From Ginglymostoma cirratum (Eukaryota), in assembly GCA_024137785.1 (NCBI GenBank), contig JAHRHZ010000084.1, forward strand, positions 7,573,933 to 7,637,932: a DNA stretch of 64,000 nt, written 5' to 3'. The position numbers were made by a program, and so were the translations under genes. Shown here one piece after another: positions 51,833 to 64,000 of the stretch. Under the pieces are notes generated by a model. The model made no database searches. It was not told the DNA's origin and saw only the letters and a list, made by a program, of their open reading frames with translations. How positions within the stretch are numbered: position 1 is the first letter of the stretch; each line of letters starts with the position of its first letter.

Positions 51833-52908
51833 TAGAGACAGGTAGATGCCACTATTTGTAGATGTGAAAAGTACACGACAATGGGATGCCATTGTGAGCC
51901 TGCCTAATGTAGAGTATCAAGTCTTTGTTCATGTGCATTATGGAGGCAAACATTTACTATCCAATGTATTATAAAGTGATAATGTGAATATTCATTTTCT
52001 TCAATATGTTTGCAAGGGAAAATGTGAGGCATAAAACACAGACATAATTATCCCATGTTGGAGAGGGAGGCTAGACAAATCTGTTGTAGCTTAGGACCAT
52101 AAGTATATAGAAATTTACTGAGGCAGGGTGTCAGTTTGCTCAGTTGAATTTGAGCTGAACGGATAAAATTTAAAGCTGTTCCTCGGGATTTGACCACGTT
52201 TATATTTGTGCATACTGAGAAAGTTTTACATTGTTAGAACTCTTGTCTTTTGGACAAAACATTAAACCAAAGACTGTCTACCTACTCAGTCTGTGGCATT
52301 GCTCAAAATTGTATCAAAACAAATTAACTTTTTACTGTGTGTCCCTATTAAAAGGAAGTTTGGTAACTGGCTGGAGTAAGGTTATTAACAGGAAAGGAGA
52401 GAGGGTAATGATTTGGGAGCAAAAGGATGGATTGCTATGATCAATTGAATGGTAATGGCCTAATCATGTTCCTATAATGCATACTTATTTGTGCTGTTTG
52501 AGAGTTTTTGTGTGGAATGTCAGTAATTTTTATTAACATGACCATTAAAGTGATTCACACTCGTTCATTATGTGAATATTGTAAGTTTCTGAGATGTGAA
52601 TAAGGGGGTTTACTTTAACAATTAAGGGAATTTATAATTAGGTGCATTACTGTCTCACCCAGAGGAGGGCAATCAGTAATGTCTAAACATAACCTAGAAA
52701 CAGTTTTAATTTTTCTTCAAGTTTATAAGTTACAGGACATTACTTAGTAACCTGTGAGAACTTGATCTCTTTACTGTAAAAATCAGCTCTGAGAGAGTCG
52801 ATACCAATGAAAAAACATGGCTGTAAAATTATATTGTTGTACCGTAGAAGCAAAAATAATGCGAAGTTCTTTGGATGAAATTGGATATATTGTGATATTT
52901 TTACTTAG

Positions 52909-53038
52909 CATGCAGTTCCACGTATTCGAGCTGACAAGGCAGCTGCCTCGATTCTCAATGTATGCCCAGTGCACTCCAGGGACTGCTTCTGAACCTCAGA
53001 GTTATGTCACCTTCACAGTCAGTGATCGTGTGCAGAGG
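52909..53038 (+). CDS. BBS2: BBS2 coding exon 12 (130 nt)
   Basis: cttag|c; [19 protein letters not shown]...SDRVQR; agg|gtaagt. Confidence 0.96.
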
Positions 53039-54386
53039 GTAAGTTAGAACGCTTCTTTATCACCACCTACATCTTATGTTAGTTATTCTTCATTTAGAAA
53101 CCAAGATGAAAGGCCACTGACTATAGTACGGGTTTAGTAAAGCTGAATACCATTAAAATAACTGAGGGCGTAATAATTAAGTTTTGCCAAGCATGTAATT
53201 TTGAATGCTGTAGGAACAAGTAAAACAGCTGAATATTGCCAAGATTTAAAATACTTGCAAAGAATGGGTTGTGGATTCATCAGAAGGAGCAAGAGGTGTG
53301 TGATGAACTAAAACTCAAATTGAAGAGTACGATTAGAAGATTAAGCTGGACGGGGCTGTGCAAAGGAGAGACTGAAAGTATGAATAGGAAGTGCCCACAC
53401 TTTAAAACACTGTAATGAGCCTTTGAACTCCCCCTGCATCACCGCTTAATGCACAACCCCTACCAAGAACTGAGTCCATCTCCGCAACAGCCCTCCCCAC
53501 TCCATACACCTTCATAGATTGCTCCTTTTTCTCAGTTCATCTCCCTGGTTGTAGGCTTTCCCAGATGACTGAGCCAGATGTTCAATTTTGCCTGCTGGTG
53601 GGCAAGAAATGGGAAGAAAATGGAAATGCAGCCCAGTATTACATTCAGCAGACGTCACTTTACCCACATTTCTGGGTGTGTAGGTTGCTGCTGCTATAAA
53701 AGAGTTCTATCAGGTTTTCCCTCTTTAGCAGGTAAAAGAACCACAGCATGTTTAGCCTTTCCTAATAACTATATGCATATGTGGTTCTTTTACCTGCTAA
53801 AGAGGGAAAACCTGATAGAACTCTTTTAAGACAATGACTAGGTTCGTTAGCAGAAATGTTTCCATGTGCGGAGACCAAAAGTAGAGTTAATTAATGTAAA
53901 TATACGAAAGCCATTAAATAATAGGAAATTGAAAAGAAAACACTTAATGGTAAGAATATGCTGTGCATTGCATGTAATGTTTCTCACTGTAGTCGCCTCT
54001 GTCGTAGCTACCATTTCATATAACCTTTTTCTTTGAAACACATTACTCTCGACGACAGTCAATCTTGGTGGTTCCTTGGAAAAAGAAAGATGTTTGCCAC
54101 AGAAGCAGAGCAAGAAAGACAAGGAGAAAGATAGAAAGGCTGCACAAAATAGTGGTAAAGGCAGTGAAAAGCCAAGGGAGTGGAAAAGGGAAAATAAGAC
54201 ACAAAGGAAGAATGAGCACTTTTTAAAAACAAAATTCCAAAACCATATTAAAAGTCAGTTATTGATCAGTCTGTTGATCAGTTTGTGGTTGATGGGTAGT
54301 TGCATAACTTTTTGAGCTTTCTTCTCACTCTTCTGTCTTTGGCTTTCATTATCCACCTGCTTCAAAACCAGGTACACTTTGGTGAT

Positions 54387-54487
54387 AACAAGCATGGGGC
54401 TGGATGAACACAGCAGGTCAAGCAGCATCATAGGAGCAGGAAAACTTGACGTTTCGGGCCTAAACCTTTAATCAGAAAAAAAAAAAT
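54387..54487 (-). mobile_element. Young solo PLE arm with a 12-bp TSD
   Basis: cactttggtgat at 54375-54386 and 54488-54499. Differs from the 58514-58606 arm at only two positions. Confidence 0.85.
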
Positions 54488-55303
54488 CACTTTGGTGATG
54501 TGGGGTCATATGCTGGACCCTCTCTTCCTGGCCTTTAATGTCAAAACCAATGTTCTTCAAGTTGGTTTCAGAGTATCTTTAAAATATTTCCTCCCGTCAC
54601 CTTGGCATTAACTTCATGTCCACTTCATAAAATTACTGACACTCTTGGCAAGTGGGTATGCAACAGGATATGCCTCTGAATTTAATGCCCACCATCGCCA
54701 ACAAACCAGCTGTTGGTGGACCTGTTAAATTCAGACCAGTGTGACTGTCTGAAGCTTTAGTTTCATTTGGGGAGGAATGGCTTAATGGTCATGCCACAAG
54801 ACCAGTAATTGATGGCCCAATGCCGACATTCTAATGGAATGAGTTTGAATTTCAGTATGGTGAAATTTGAATTTAATAAAAGATCTAGGCCAGTGGGAAA
54901 CATTGTCAATTGTTGTATAAACCTGCCTAGGTCACTAATATCCTTTAGGAAAGAAAAATTGCCATCCTTGTGTGGTCTGGACTACATGTGATTTCAGACC
55001 CACAGCAATGTTGTTGATCCTAAACTGCCCTGTAGCCAACTAGGGATGGGCAATAAATGCATCACCAGCCAGCATGATTGGATTAAAAAAGCCTTCAAAA
55101 CAACTAAAATTAAGCAGCTGGTTGAATTATGAGAGTTGGGTAGGTGTCATGTGTGTTGAGAATTGGTGCTGAGTTAACAGTTCCTGTTTAATCTATATGA
55201 ACCTACCTGATGCAGTTACTGAGCATGCACTTCTTCTGTGGTATGTAGAGAGCTGTCTGGTTATGCTTACCCCTCTCTGTCTCATTTTCTGTGCTCTTTA
55301 CAG

Positions 55304-55435
55304 GTTGTGATGTGGATGAATCAGAACTTCCTTATACCTGATGACGTTGAATGTACCAGTATGCCATTGGATGTCTGCTTCACAACTCTAAGAGATGGTG
55401 GACAGCTCAACATTAAAATGAATGCAAATGGAGAG
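55304..55435 (+). CDS. BBS2: BBS2 coding exon 13 (132 nt); the gene continues beyond the window
   Basis: ttacag|gtt; VVMWMNQNFLIP...CFTTLRDGGQLNIKMNANGE; gag|gtaaaa. Confidence 0.95.
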
Positions 55436-56459
55436 GTAAAATTAGTGTACTAAACTGACTTGAAAAAATAAATATATTTTACAAACAATACTACAGACCT
55501 GTAGAAGTTCACAACAGAGAAGGATGCCACTGCAACCATCATATTCATGGACTGACATGCTAGAGTAATCCAACCTAGTGTCACAGTTTTGCTGTGTTTC
55601 CAGAGTTTCATGTCTTCCTTGACTTCCAACATCTATCTGTCTCTTAAAATGTGCGATGGTGTTTGCTTCACTTGTGTCTTGTGCCTAAACTTGATTTTCT
55701 TGAAGTAATTTTACAATAATCATCTTACTAATTGGCTTACCTATCAGAGAAGGTAGTCTTCTCTCACTTACACTGTTAAATTTTTAAATAATTTTAAGAA
55801 CCTTAATTGAATTTCATTTTATCCATTCATTGCACCATTTTGAAGATCATCCAAGAATCTGAAATCTCTCCTCCTATTTGTAATTTGTCACCTCTGGTAT
55901 TGTTTTGATGAGTCTGAACCGCTTATGGCATTTATCTGTTTTGATTCCCCAGAAATGTACATACAAGTCTACTGTTGCTTTGATGTTACTAGATTTCCTG
56001 TTGACGAGAGGAAACCTCTTTTCAGATTCCCTTTTCAGACAGCCTTGATTCTCCAATCAATGTAAAACGTTACTGTTCTTCATTGCTGAATGGGCCTTGT
56101 GTAGGAAAGCTGTTACAGCCTTCAGATTAGTGCTGTTTGCCATGATAATCAGTGATGCAGTGGTTTAGATGAGAATGGGTGGAGGAACCCAGTATTGAGG
56201 ATTCATACTAATATGGACTGATTAAGTTAAATTACCTGTTTCTTTGCTGTATGTCTAACATAATCCTATGAAATGTTTATATAACTCATCACAACAGGTC
56301 TAATCAGTTATATTTGTGCAAGTTTCCAGTCTTCTTCAGTGTTGTCCAATATGGCATTCTTTGAGTTAGATAAGGAAGATGGGCAATGCTATGACCCTGT
56401 GTCAATTTTCTGCCTGGAGTTCAAGACTGCCCCATTCAAAGGGTTTTGGAGTGGCAAAA

Positions 56460-56830
56460 CCTATCCACTATTTCAGTGACTCAGTACTGAGCATAGTAGA
56501 AGTGTGTTTATTACAAAATGTGAGGAGCCCTGAGCTTGTGGGGAGTATGTAACCTGAAGTTTGTGGGTTTACGTTTTACTCCAAAGATTCAAACGTATAA
56601 TCTAGGCTGACATTTCAGTGTGTATGCGAAAATTCCACAGCACATTTGAAGAAGTGCAGAGGACCTTTTCATGGTTAACATCTATTAGTCTTAAGACCTA
56701 AAACAGGTCTGATAATTTTTTTATTACCTTTTGTATACCACATTTCTTTACATTGAAAGAGGGACTATACTTGAAAGAATACATTAGAAAAAGTATAAAT
56801 TAGTTGTGAAGTGCTTTAAGATGCTGTGTT
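56460..56830 (+). mobile_element. Possible old SINE (Deu-like core, L2-type tail)
   Basis: aatctaggctgacatttcagtg and tttgaagaag core-like motifs with a tgtgaagtgcttt tail. Heavily decayed. Confidence 0.35.
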
Positions 56831-56903
56831 AATGTGACTTCTTAATTTTCTTTTAAAGTGGATTGGTCTTTAATATTCTCTCCTGAAACATCGTTTAAGA
56901 CTG

Positions 56904-57185
56904 TCTAGAATCCCTACAGTATAGGGACAGGCCATTCGGCCCAACAAGTCCACACCGCGTCTCCCATAGCTAGCACACCTAGCCTGCACGTCCCTGGACA
57001 CTATGGGGTAATTTAGCATGCCCAATCCACCTAGCATGCACCTCTTTGGAACATGGGTGGAAACTAGAGGACCCGGAGGTAACCCATGCAGACACAGGGA
57101 GAATGTGCAAACTCTACACAGACAGTCACCTGAGGATGGAATCGAACTCAGGTCCCTGGCAGCAGTGCTAACCACTGTGCCACCA
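56904..57185 (-). mobile_element. tRNA-derived SINE (HE1 type)
   Basis: Reverse-complement homolog of 40610-40960. Confidence 0.85.
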
Positions 57186-58475
57186 CGCCAGCTAATAGAG
57201 TAGCTCATAGGAATTTGGAAAAGTTAACTCATGTGAATTTCCTTATGACCTCAAAGGATTTAGAGAAAAGTCTCTCCACAGGAAAAGTTCTCTATCATTC
57301 TGATCCTTTTTTTGATCTGTGTTATTTAAATTCAAAACTTCTGTTTTTGCAGAAATCGTCAATTGTGTGTCAAGGAGCAGTTGAGCTCTCAACTGTAAAT
57401 ATTAATGTCAGTTATTCTCTTACAAACGGTATGTGTCTCATTGAAACATTGAAAAATGGAGCAAAGTTAGACCTTTTGGTCTTTCAAGCTTACTTGCCCA
57501 TTCATAATTTCAGAGCTCATCATCCGAATCAATAGCATGTTCCTGCTTTGCCCCCCAAGTACTATATCCAACTCCTTGAAATCATCCAGTCTTCCGGAGG
57601 AACAAATTGCTGCCGATGCTGAAATCTGTAGTGAAAGCAATAAAAGCTGGAGGTCACAGCGGGTCAGACAGTGTCCATAGAGAGCAAGCTAACATGTTCG
57701 GTCTAGGTGATTCTTCATCAGAGCTGAAGTGAAGTGTGATGCCCCCTGATGCCCTTCACCACGGATGTTCAATCCCTCTATACCTCCATGCCCCATCAGG
57801 ATGGTCTGCAAATTCTCAGCCTGAGGCCTGAACATTCCCCATCCACCATCACCTTCCTCTGCCTGCTGAACTTGTCTCCCTGAACAGTTTCTCCTTTAAT
57901 TCATCTCACTTCTGCCAAGTCAAAGGAGTGGCTATGGCACTCACATGGGACCCAGTTATGCATGCCTCTTTATGGGTTATGTGGAACAATCCTTGTTCTA
58001 GTCCTATACTGGCCCCTCCCACAACTATTTTACCAGTACGTCGATAACTGTTTTGGTGCCGCGTCATGCTCCCGCCGGGATGTTGAAAAATTTGTTTATT
58101 TTGCCTCCAATTTCCACCTCGCTATAACTTTCACATCATCCATTCCCGACACTTCCTTTCCTTGACCTCTCTGTCTCCATTTCAGGGAATAAGCTGTCCA
58201 CTGCCATCCAAGACAAAGCCACTGACTCCCATCGCTACAGCTCTTCACACTTGATGTCCTGCAAGGACTCTATCCATTCTCTTCCTTCCTTTGCCTATGT
58301 CACATCTGTTCAGATGATGCCACCTTCCAAAACAAAGCTGCTGACATGGCTTGCTTCTTCCATAACTCTGGTTTCTTGCTCACTGTGGTTGACAGTGCCC
58401 TCAACCTTATCTGACCTATCACTCATGCTTCTGCCCTTGTCCCCTTCCCATCACTCACAACAGCATGATCGGGTC

Positions 58476-58706
58476 AGAGATAAAAGGTACTGCAGATGCT
58501 GGAGAATCCGAGATAACAAGCATGGGGCTGGATGAACACAGCAGGTCAAGCAGCATCATAGGAGCAGGAAAACTTGACGTTTCGGGCCTAAACCCTTCAT
58601 CAGAAAATTTCTGATTTCTGATGAAGGGTTTAGGCCCGAAACGTCAAGTTTTCCTGCTCCTATGATGCTGCTTGACCTGCTGTGTTCATCCAGCCCCATG
58701 CTTGTT
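58476..58706. mobile_element. Very young PLE hairpin insertion, perfect 93-bp palindrome
   Basis: Arms 58514-58606 and 58615-58707 are exact reverse complements with an 8-nt loop. TSD agcatgatcgggtc at 58462-58475 and 58707-58720. Confidence 0.92.
58618..58645 (+). ncRNA. Minimal type I hammerhead ribozyme motif (mirror copy on the minus strand at 58576-58603)
   Basis: CTGATGA-a-GGGT-ttag-GCCC-GAAAC-GTC. Stem III is reduced to the ACGT palindrome typical of PLE hammerheads that cleave as dimers. Activity is untested. Confidence 0.7.
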
Positions 58707-59669
58707 AGCATGATCGGGTCCCCCTTTTCCTCACTTTTCATCCCACCAGCTTCCGAATTCAAAGGATCAATTCTCTGCCATTTCGGACAACTGCAGCAGA
58801 ATGTCACCACCAAACATATCTTCCCCTCACTCCCCCATCTGCATTTCACAGGGATCGTTGCCCCTGGGACACCCTAGTCCATTCCATGACCACCAACACC
58901 ACCCTCCCTTCCCATGGTACCTTACCATGTAACTGCAGAAGATGCAACACCTGTCCCTTCACCAACTCCCCTCCACGGGCCTAAACAGACTTTCCAGGTG
59001 AAGCAGCATTTCACCTGTACCTCCTTCAGTCTGTGTATTGTATTTGCTGCATCCAATGTGGCCTACTCTACATTGGAGAAACCAAATGCAGACTGGGTGA
59101 CCACTCTGCAGAGCACCTCCAGACTGTGTGCAAGCATGACCCCGATCTTCCCATAACTAGTCATTTTAACACAGCATCCTGCTCACATGCCCACTTATCT
59201 GTCCATGGCATGCTGCAATGCTCCAGTGAATCATAGCGCAAACTGGAGGAACAACATCTTCTCTTCAGACTAGGCACTTTACAGTCTTCTGGACTTAAAT
59301 ATGGAGTTCAACACATTCAAATTGTGAACCAACTCTTATTTCTTTCCTTTCTTTTATCATTACCTGTTCTATTCTCCCATTTCTTCCCATTCTTTAGCCT
59401 TCACTTGTTATATTCTTTGTCATCATGTCCTCTCCCCTCCCCCTATCCCTGTGGGACTTAATTCTCTTTCAAGTCTGGCAGTCAGACACACCGTTGTTCT
59501 GCCATTGTCGCATTCCTGTTACTTAATTTAAACTATTGACATCTTTTTTCCACCAGGACCCTACACCACCACCCACCCCAACTACAGCTTAAATGCTGCC
59601 TTCCCCCACGTTAGCTCTGATGAAGAGTCATCTAGACTCAAAACATTAGCTTGCGTTGTCTCCATGGAT

Positions 59670-60275
59670 CCAATGCTTTGGCTTCCACTGTGTAGCGAAT
59701 TCCCAAGGCTCACTATTCTCTGAAAAGGAAATTTCTCCTCATCTTAGTTCTTTATGGTTTACCCATATCCTTAGACTGTGACCCACTAGTTCTGGACTCC
59801 CTTGTCATCAGGAATCTTCTTCCTGCATCTAGCCTGTCTAGTCATGTTAAAATTTAATGTCTGTGAGACACCCCCTTATTCTTCTGAACCCCAATGAATA
59901 TAATCCTAACTGATTCAATCTCTCTTCATACGTCAGTCTTGCCATCCCATGAGTTAGTCTGGTAAACCGGTTGTTGCAGTCCCATTACAGCAAGAATATT
60001 CCTCCACAGACAAAGAGACCAAAACTACACACACTATTTCAGTATATTTGCAACAAGACATCATTGCTCCTGTACTCAAATCCTCTTGATACAAAGGTCA
60101 ACATACTACTTACTCTCTTGACTGCATGTTCCACCTGTATGCTTACTTTCAGTGACTGGTGTAGAAAGGCACCCAGATCTCATTACCCATGCTCCCCTCT
60201 CAATTTATAGTCATTCAGATAATAATACATCTTCCTGTCTTTGCTTCCAAAGTGAATGGCCTCACATTTATCATA
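59670..60275 (-). mobile_element. CR1 3' fragment (its tail lies at about 57500-57590, split by the PLE)
   Basis: Reverse-complement CR1 RT end. Confidence 0.65.
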
Positions 60276-61307
60276 CTATGTTCAGGATAATGATTAAAAA
60301 ACCAAACCCTGAGCGATCTTCTTTACAATTATTCTTGCAAGATTTTTATTTCCAAGGGTCCTTCAGCACATTGATGCTACATTATATGCTTATAGGTCCA
60401 CTGTGGACTGTCACTTTGTTCCACTTGCAAGCATTTTTCTGTTATTATGGAGCTGTTTATTCCAATTTTCCTGGTGGGGTGAGAATGGGAGAAAAAAGGT
60501 ATAATTGTTCTGAAAACTACCACTGACACCATGATGCAGATAAAATTCACTGTCCAGTTGACAGTTTGTGCTCTGTAAATGTGGATCCTTTTTATGACAC
60601 TCATGCAGCTCTTGAATTATTTTTTGCAATCTTAGTGCTGAGAACTGGCTGTAATAACTGGCCATTCATTGAAGCTATCTAATCTATACTGTCTAACAGG
60701 TCAGTTAAGAATTGGGATGCATTTCAAATGTAAATGCAACACCATGGTTTACTTGACTGCATTTGCTTGTTACTGCAGTTATTAGCCTTTGAAAAATCTG
60801 TAATTTGTCAACTTTACTGTCCTGTTCTTCAATTATTTATATTCAGAAACAATCAAGATCAATTTTGTAAGCCAGATATTTTTATTATCACTGTGCCTAG
60901 CAGCAAACTAGCTGTTATGCACTACAGAAACTGTTGTTTGATAACAAAAGGAGTTAACTTGTTTAACATTGTATAACACAATAGTGAAGCTACACTTGGA
61001 CTGCTGCATATGAATTTAAGAACTGTATCTTTAAGTGTAGATTGCTGCATTAGGAAAATCAGGAATGATCCTAGGATTTAGCATGCTCAGTTACATGGGT
61101 AGGCTTACATAATTTACATACTCATTGAAGAAAAATAGATTAACAGAGACCATAAGCCATGCCTTTTTTAAAAACACTTCCTGATCTCTCTCTGTTTTCA
61201 CCCATCTTCTTCTCTGGAAGACATCTTCAATTGTTAATGCTTTCTAGGATTTTGCCCAAGTGGGAATTATTTCTTTGATGGCTATGCTACTTCACAGGGC
61301 ATCACAG

Positions 61308-61745
61308 TGAGCTATAGGGAGAGGCCGAGAAAACTGGGGTTATTTTGCCTGCATTATCAGAGGCTGAGGGGTGACCTTAGAGGTTTATAAAATCATGAGT
61401 GGCATGGATTAGGATGAATAGCCATGGTTTTTTTCCCCAGGATAGGGGAGCCCAAAACTAGAGGGCATATGTTTAAGGTGAGAGGAGAAAGATTTAAAAG
61501 CAACATAAGGGGCAACTTTTTCACACAGAAGGTGATGGGTGCATGGAAAGAGCTGCCAGAGGAATTGGTGGAGAATGGTACAATTACAACATTTAAGTGG
61601 CATCTGGACAGATACATGAATAGGAAGGGTTTAAAAGAGATATGGGCCAAATACTGGCAAATGGGACCAGATTAATTTAGGATATCTGGTCGGCATGGAC
61701 GAGTTAGATCTAAGGGTCTCTTTCCGTGCTGTATAAATCTATGAC
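61308..61745 (+). mobile_element. CR1 3' fragment
   Basis: ORF 61424-61675 (KTRGHMFKVRGERFK...WKELPEE) and tail. Confidence 0.85.
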
Positions 61746-62084
61746 AATGTGACAATCCGCATGAGTTTGACCTTGTCCATACAAATGAACACCTCAAAAT
61801 AAAGGTCAGGATCAAGTACATTAACTAAATTTATCTTGCCTAACTCAAAAGTTTAGATATAGCACGACTTAGGTCCCTGTTGCAGTTCAATTCAGCAAAT
61901 GCTGCTGAGCTTAATCTGGAGACCTTCCAGTTTGATTATCTCAACCATGTGTTGCTTTTAACTGGTTGAGATATTTAAGGAGTCACAAGTCTGCAAGCAT
62001 GCAAGGTTTTTGTGAACAGTCAGTATGTTCAAGTGGTGATCAGAGTTGACTGAACAAGATAAGCATTGTTTAAAAACTCTTAAG

Positions 62085-63505
62085 ACCATAAGAAACAAGA
62101 ACAGGAGCAGGCTGTTCAACCCCTCGAGCCTGCTCCACTATTCAATCGGATCATGGCTGATCTGACATTCCTCTTCCACTTTCCTGCATTTTCTTAGCAA
62201 CACGATTCCCCTACTGATGAATAATTATCTATTTCATATTTGCAAGGACTCTGCCCCCACAGCTCTCTCTGGCAAGGAGCTCAAAAGACACTCAACCCTC
62301 AGAGAAGAAATTCCTCCTCATCTCCGTATTAACTTTGTAACTGTTTATTCTGAGACTATTCCCTCTAGTCCTAGACTCTCCCATGAGGGGAAATATCCTC
62401 TCAGCATGGACTCTTCAAGCCCCTTATGAATCTATGTTTCAATGAGATCACCTCTCCTTCTTCTAAATTCCAGTGAGTAGAATTCCAACCTGATTAGCAT
62501 TTGGTCATTAAATAATCCCTCAACATGGGGATCATCCTAGTGAACCTTCTCTGAACAGCTTCCAAAAAAAATTCTTAAATAAGAGGATCAAAACTGCTTG
62601 CAATACTCCAAATGTAGTCTGACCAGCACCTTGTACAGTTGCAGTAAGACCTTCCCATTCTTACACTCCAATCCTCTTGAAATAAGGGCCAACATTCTAT
62701 TTGTCTTCCTGATCACCTACTGCACGTGTACTTTCTTACTGTTTCATGCACAAGTACCCCCAAGTGCCTTTGTGTTGCAGCTTTCTGCAGTTTTTCTCCA
62801 TTTAAATAGTATTCTGTTCTTTTGTCCTCCCTTACAAAAAGAACAATGTCACATTTTCCTACATTATACTCCACTGCCAACTTTTTGCTCACTTACTTAA
62901 CCTCTCAATGTACTATTTGCATCTCACCCATAACCTGCCTTTCTTCCTATTTTTGTGTTGTCTGCAAATTTGGCTACAATACATTTGCGTCTTGCTTCCG
63001 TGGCATTGATATATATATGCAAATACTTGTGATCCCAGCACTGATCCCTGTGTTGCCCCCCCACCCCCCAATTAATTGTTGCCGACCTAGAAAAGAACCC
63101 CTTATCCCATTTGACTGTTATCTGTCCATTAGCCATTCCCCATCCATCCAACACCATGAAGCGTTGTCTTATGACTTAACTTTTTGTTAAGGATGTTGCC
63201 TCTGGAAGTCCAAATACATCACATTTACTGGTTCCCTTCTATCTACTCTGGTTGAGATTTCCTTAAAAATCTTGAATGCATGATTTCCCTTTCATGAAGC
63301 CATGCTGACTCTGCTTGATTAGATTATGATTTTGCCAGATGTGCTGCCAGTACTTCCTTAATAATTGATTCCACCATTTTTCCAATGATAGATGTTAGGC
63401 TAATCAGTCTGTAGTTACCTGCTGTGCCTCCCTCCCTTTTTTGAATTGGGGTATCACATTAGCAGTTTAATAATTCTCCAGTATTTCTCTAGAATCCAAG
63501 GATTC
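62085..63505 (-). mobile_element. Decayed CR1 RT and tail
   Basis: IVAKFADNTKIG in 62924-63157; tail at about 62085. Confidence 0.8.
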
Positions 63506-63509
63506 GTCT

Positions 63510-63890
63510 GTACTTACGGAGGATATTCCTGGGAATACGTCCAGGGAAATTATTTGGGTGGAACTGAGAAATAAGAAAGGGATGATCACCTTACTGGGAT
63601 TGTACTTTAGACCCCCCAATAATCAACAGGTATTTGAGAAACACATTTGTAAGGACAACTTTTTCATGCAGAGTGTGGGGCGTGTATGGAATGAGCTGCC
63701 AGAGGAAGTGGTGGAGGCTGCTACTATTACAACATATTTTTGGCATCTAGATGGGTACTTGAATAGGAAGGGTTTAGAGGGATGTAGGCTTAATGCTGGC
63801 AAATGGGACTAGATTTATTTAGGATATTTGGTCGACACGAACGAGTTGGACCAAAGGGTCTGTTTCTGTGCTATATATCTCTATGACTCA
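63510..63890 (+). mobile_element. Internally deleted CR1 (endonuclease piece fused to the 3' end)
   Basis: ORF 63558-63812 joins ELRNKKGMITLLGLYFRPPN...ICK to DNFF...WNELPEEVV. Confidence 0.8.
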
Positions 63891-64000
63891 ATATTCTTTC
63901 GTATTGATGGGATGGTTGAAGTATCTTCAGTTGTAAAGACTGGTGCAACATAACTGTTTAACTTCTCTACCATTCCGTTGCTCCCCAAAACCATCCCTCC

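Larger units (their letters stand above)
57601..59669 (+). mobile_element. 5'-truncated Penelope-like retroelement (RT and GIY-YIG) with an inverted terminal repeat
   Basis: FTTDVQSLYTSMPHQDGL at 57755; KGVAM...GPSYACLFMGYVE; YVDN; GIY-YIG YCICCIQCGLLYIGETK at 59033-59236. About 57675-57726 is inverted relative to about 59613-59667, which contains ctgatga-agagtc-atcta-gactc. Confidence 0.9.

Noticed and set aside
54076-54315. Lys/Glu-rich ORF
   Set aside because: Purine-rich intronic tract with a non-ATG start; not part of the BBS2 frame.
58514-58707. Palindromes read as DNA-transposon MITEs or miRNA genes
   Set aside because: Asymmetric ends, variable 9-18 bp TSDs and PLE hammerhead motifs point to a retroelement origin; there is no evidence of miRNA processing.
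61290-61330. cacag followed by atcacagtg, resembling the start of BBS2 exon 14
   Set aside because: Continues into CR1 sequence and lacks the expected DDIDLAGDIIQS peptide; no exon 14 was found in the window.

Overview
Vertebrate genomic DNA, almost certainly from a cartilaginous fish (inferred from the HE1-type SINEs and the dense CR1, L2 and Penelope repeats). Two + strand genes are present: the last two coding exons and 3' UTR of AMFR (gp78; Ube2g2-binding G2BR and p97-binding VIM motifs), then a GC-rich promoter with a consensus RFX X-box and coding exons 1-13 of BBS2. All splice sites are GT-AG and the joined frame is open; the remaining BBS2 exons lie beyond the window. The introns are packed with nested CR1 LINEs, L2 remnants, tRNA-derived SINEs and a probable LTR remnant. 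The most notable structure is a set of at least 13 Penelope-like element (PLE) terminal insertions, most overlapping a minimal hammerhead-ribozyme (HHR) motif. Five are inverted-repeat (hairpin) insertions, including a perfect 93-bp and a 169/170-bp palindrome. Several have clear target-site duplications (TSDs), they share recurrent breakpoints, and 12 of 13 have the same polarity relative to the host genes. Repeat boundaries were read by eye and are approximate unless a TSD is given. Family assignments come from remembered motifs, not from database searches.
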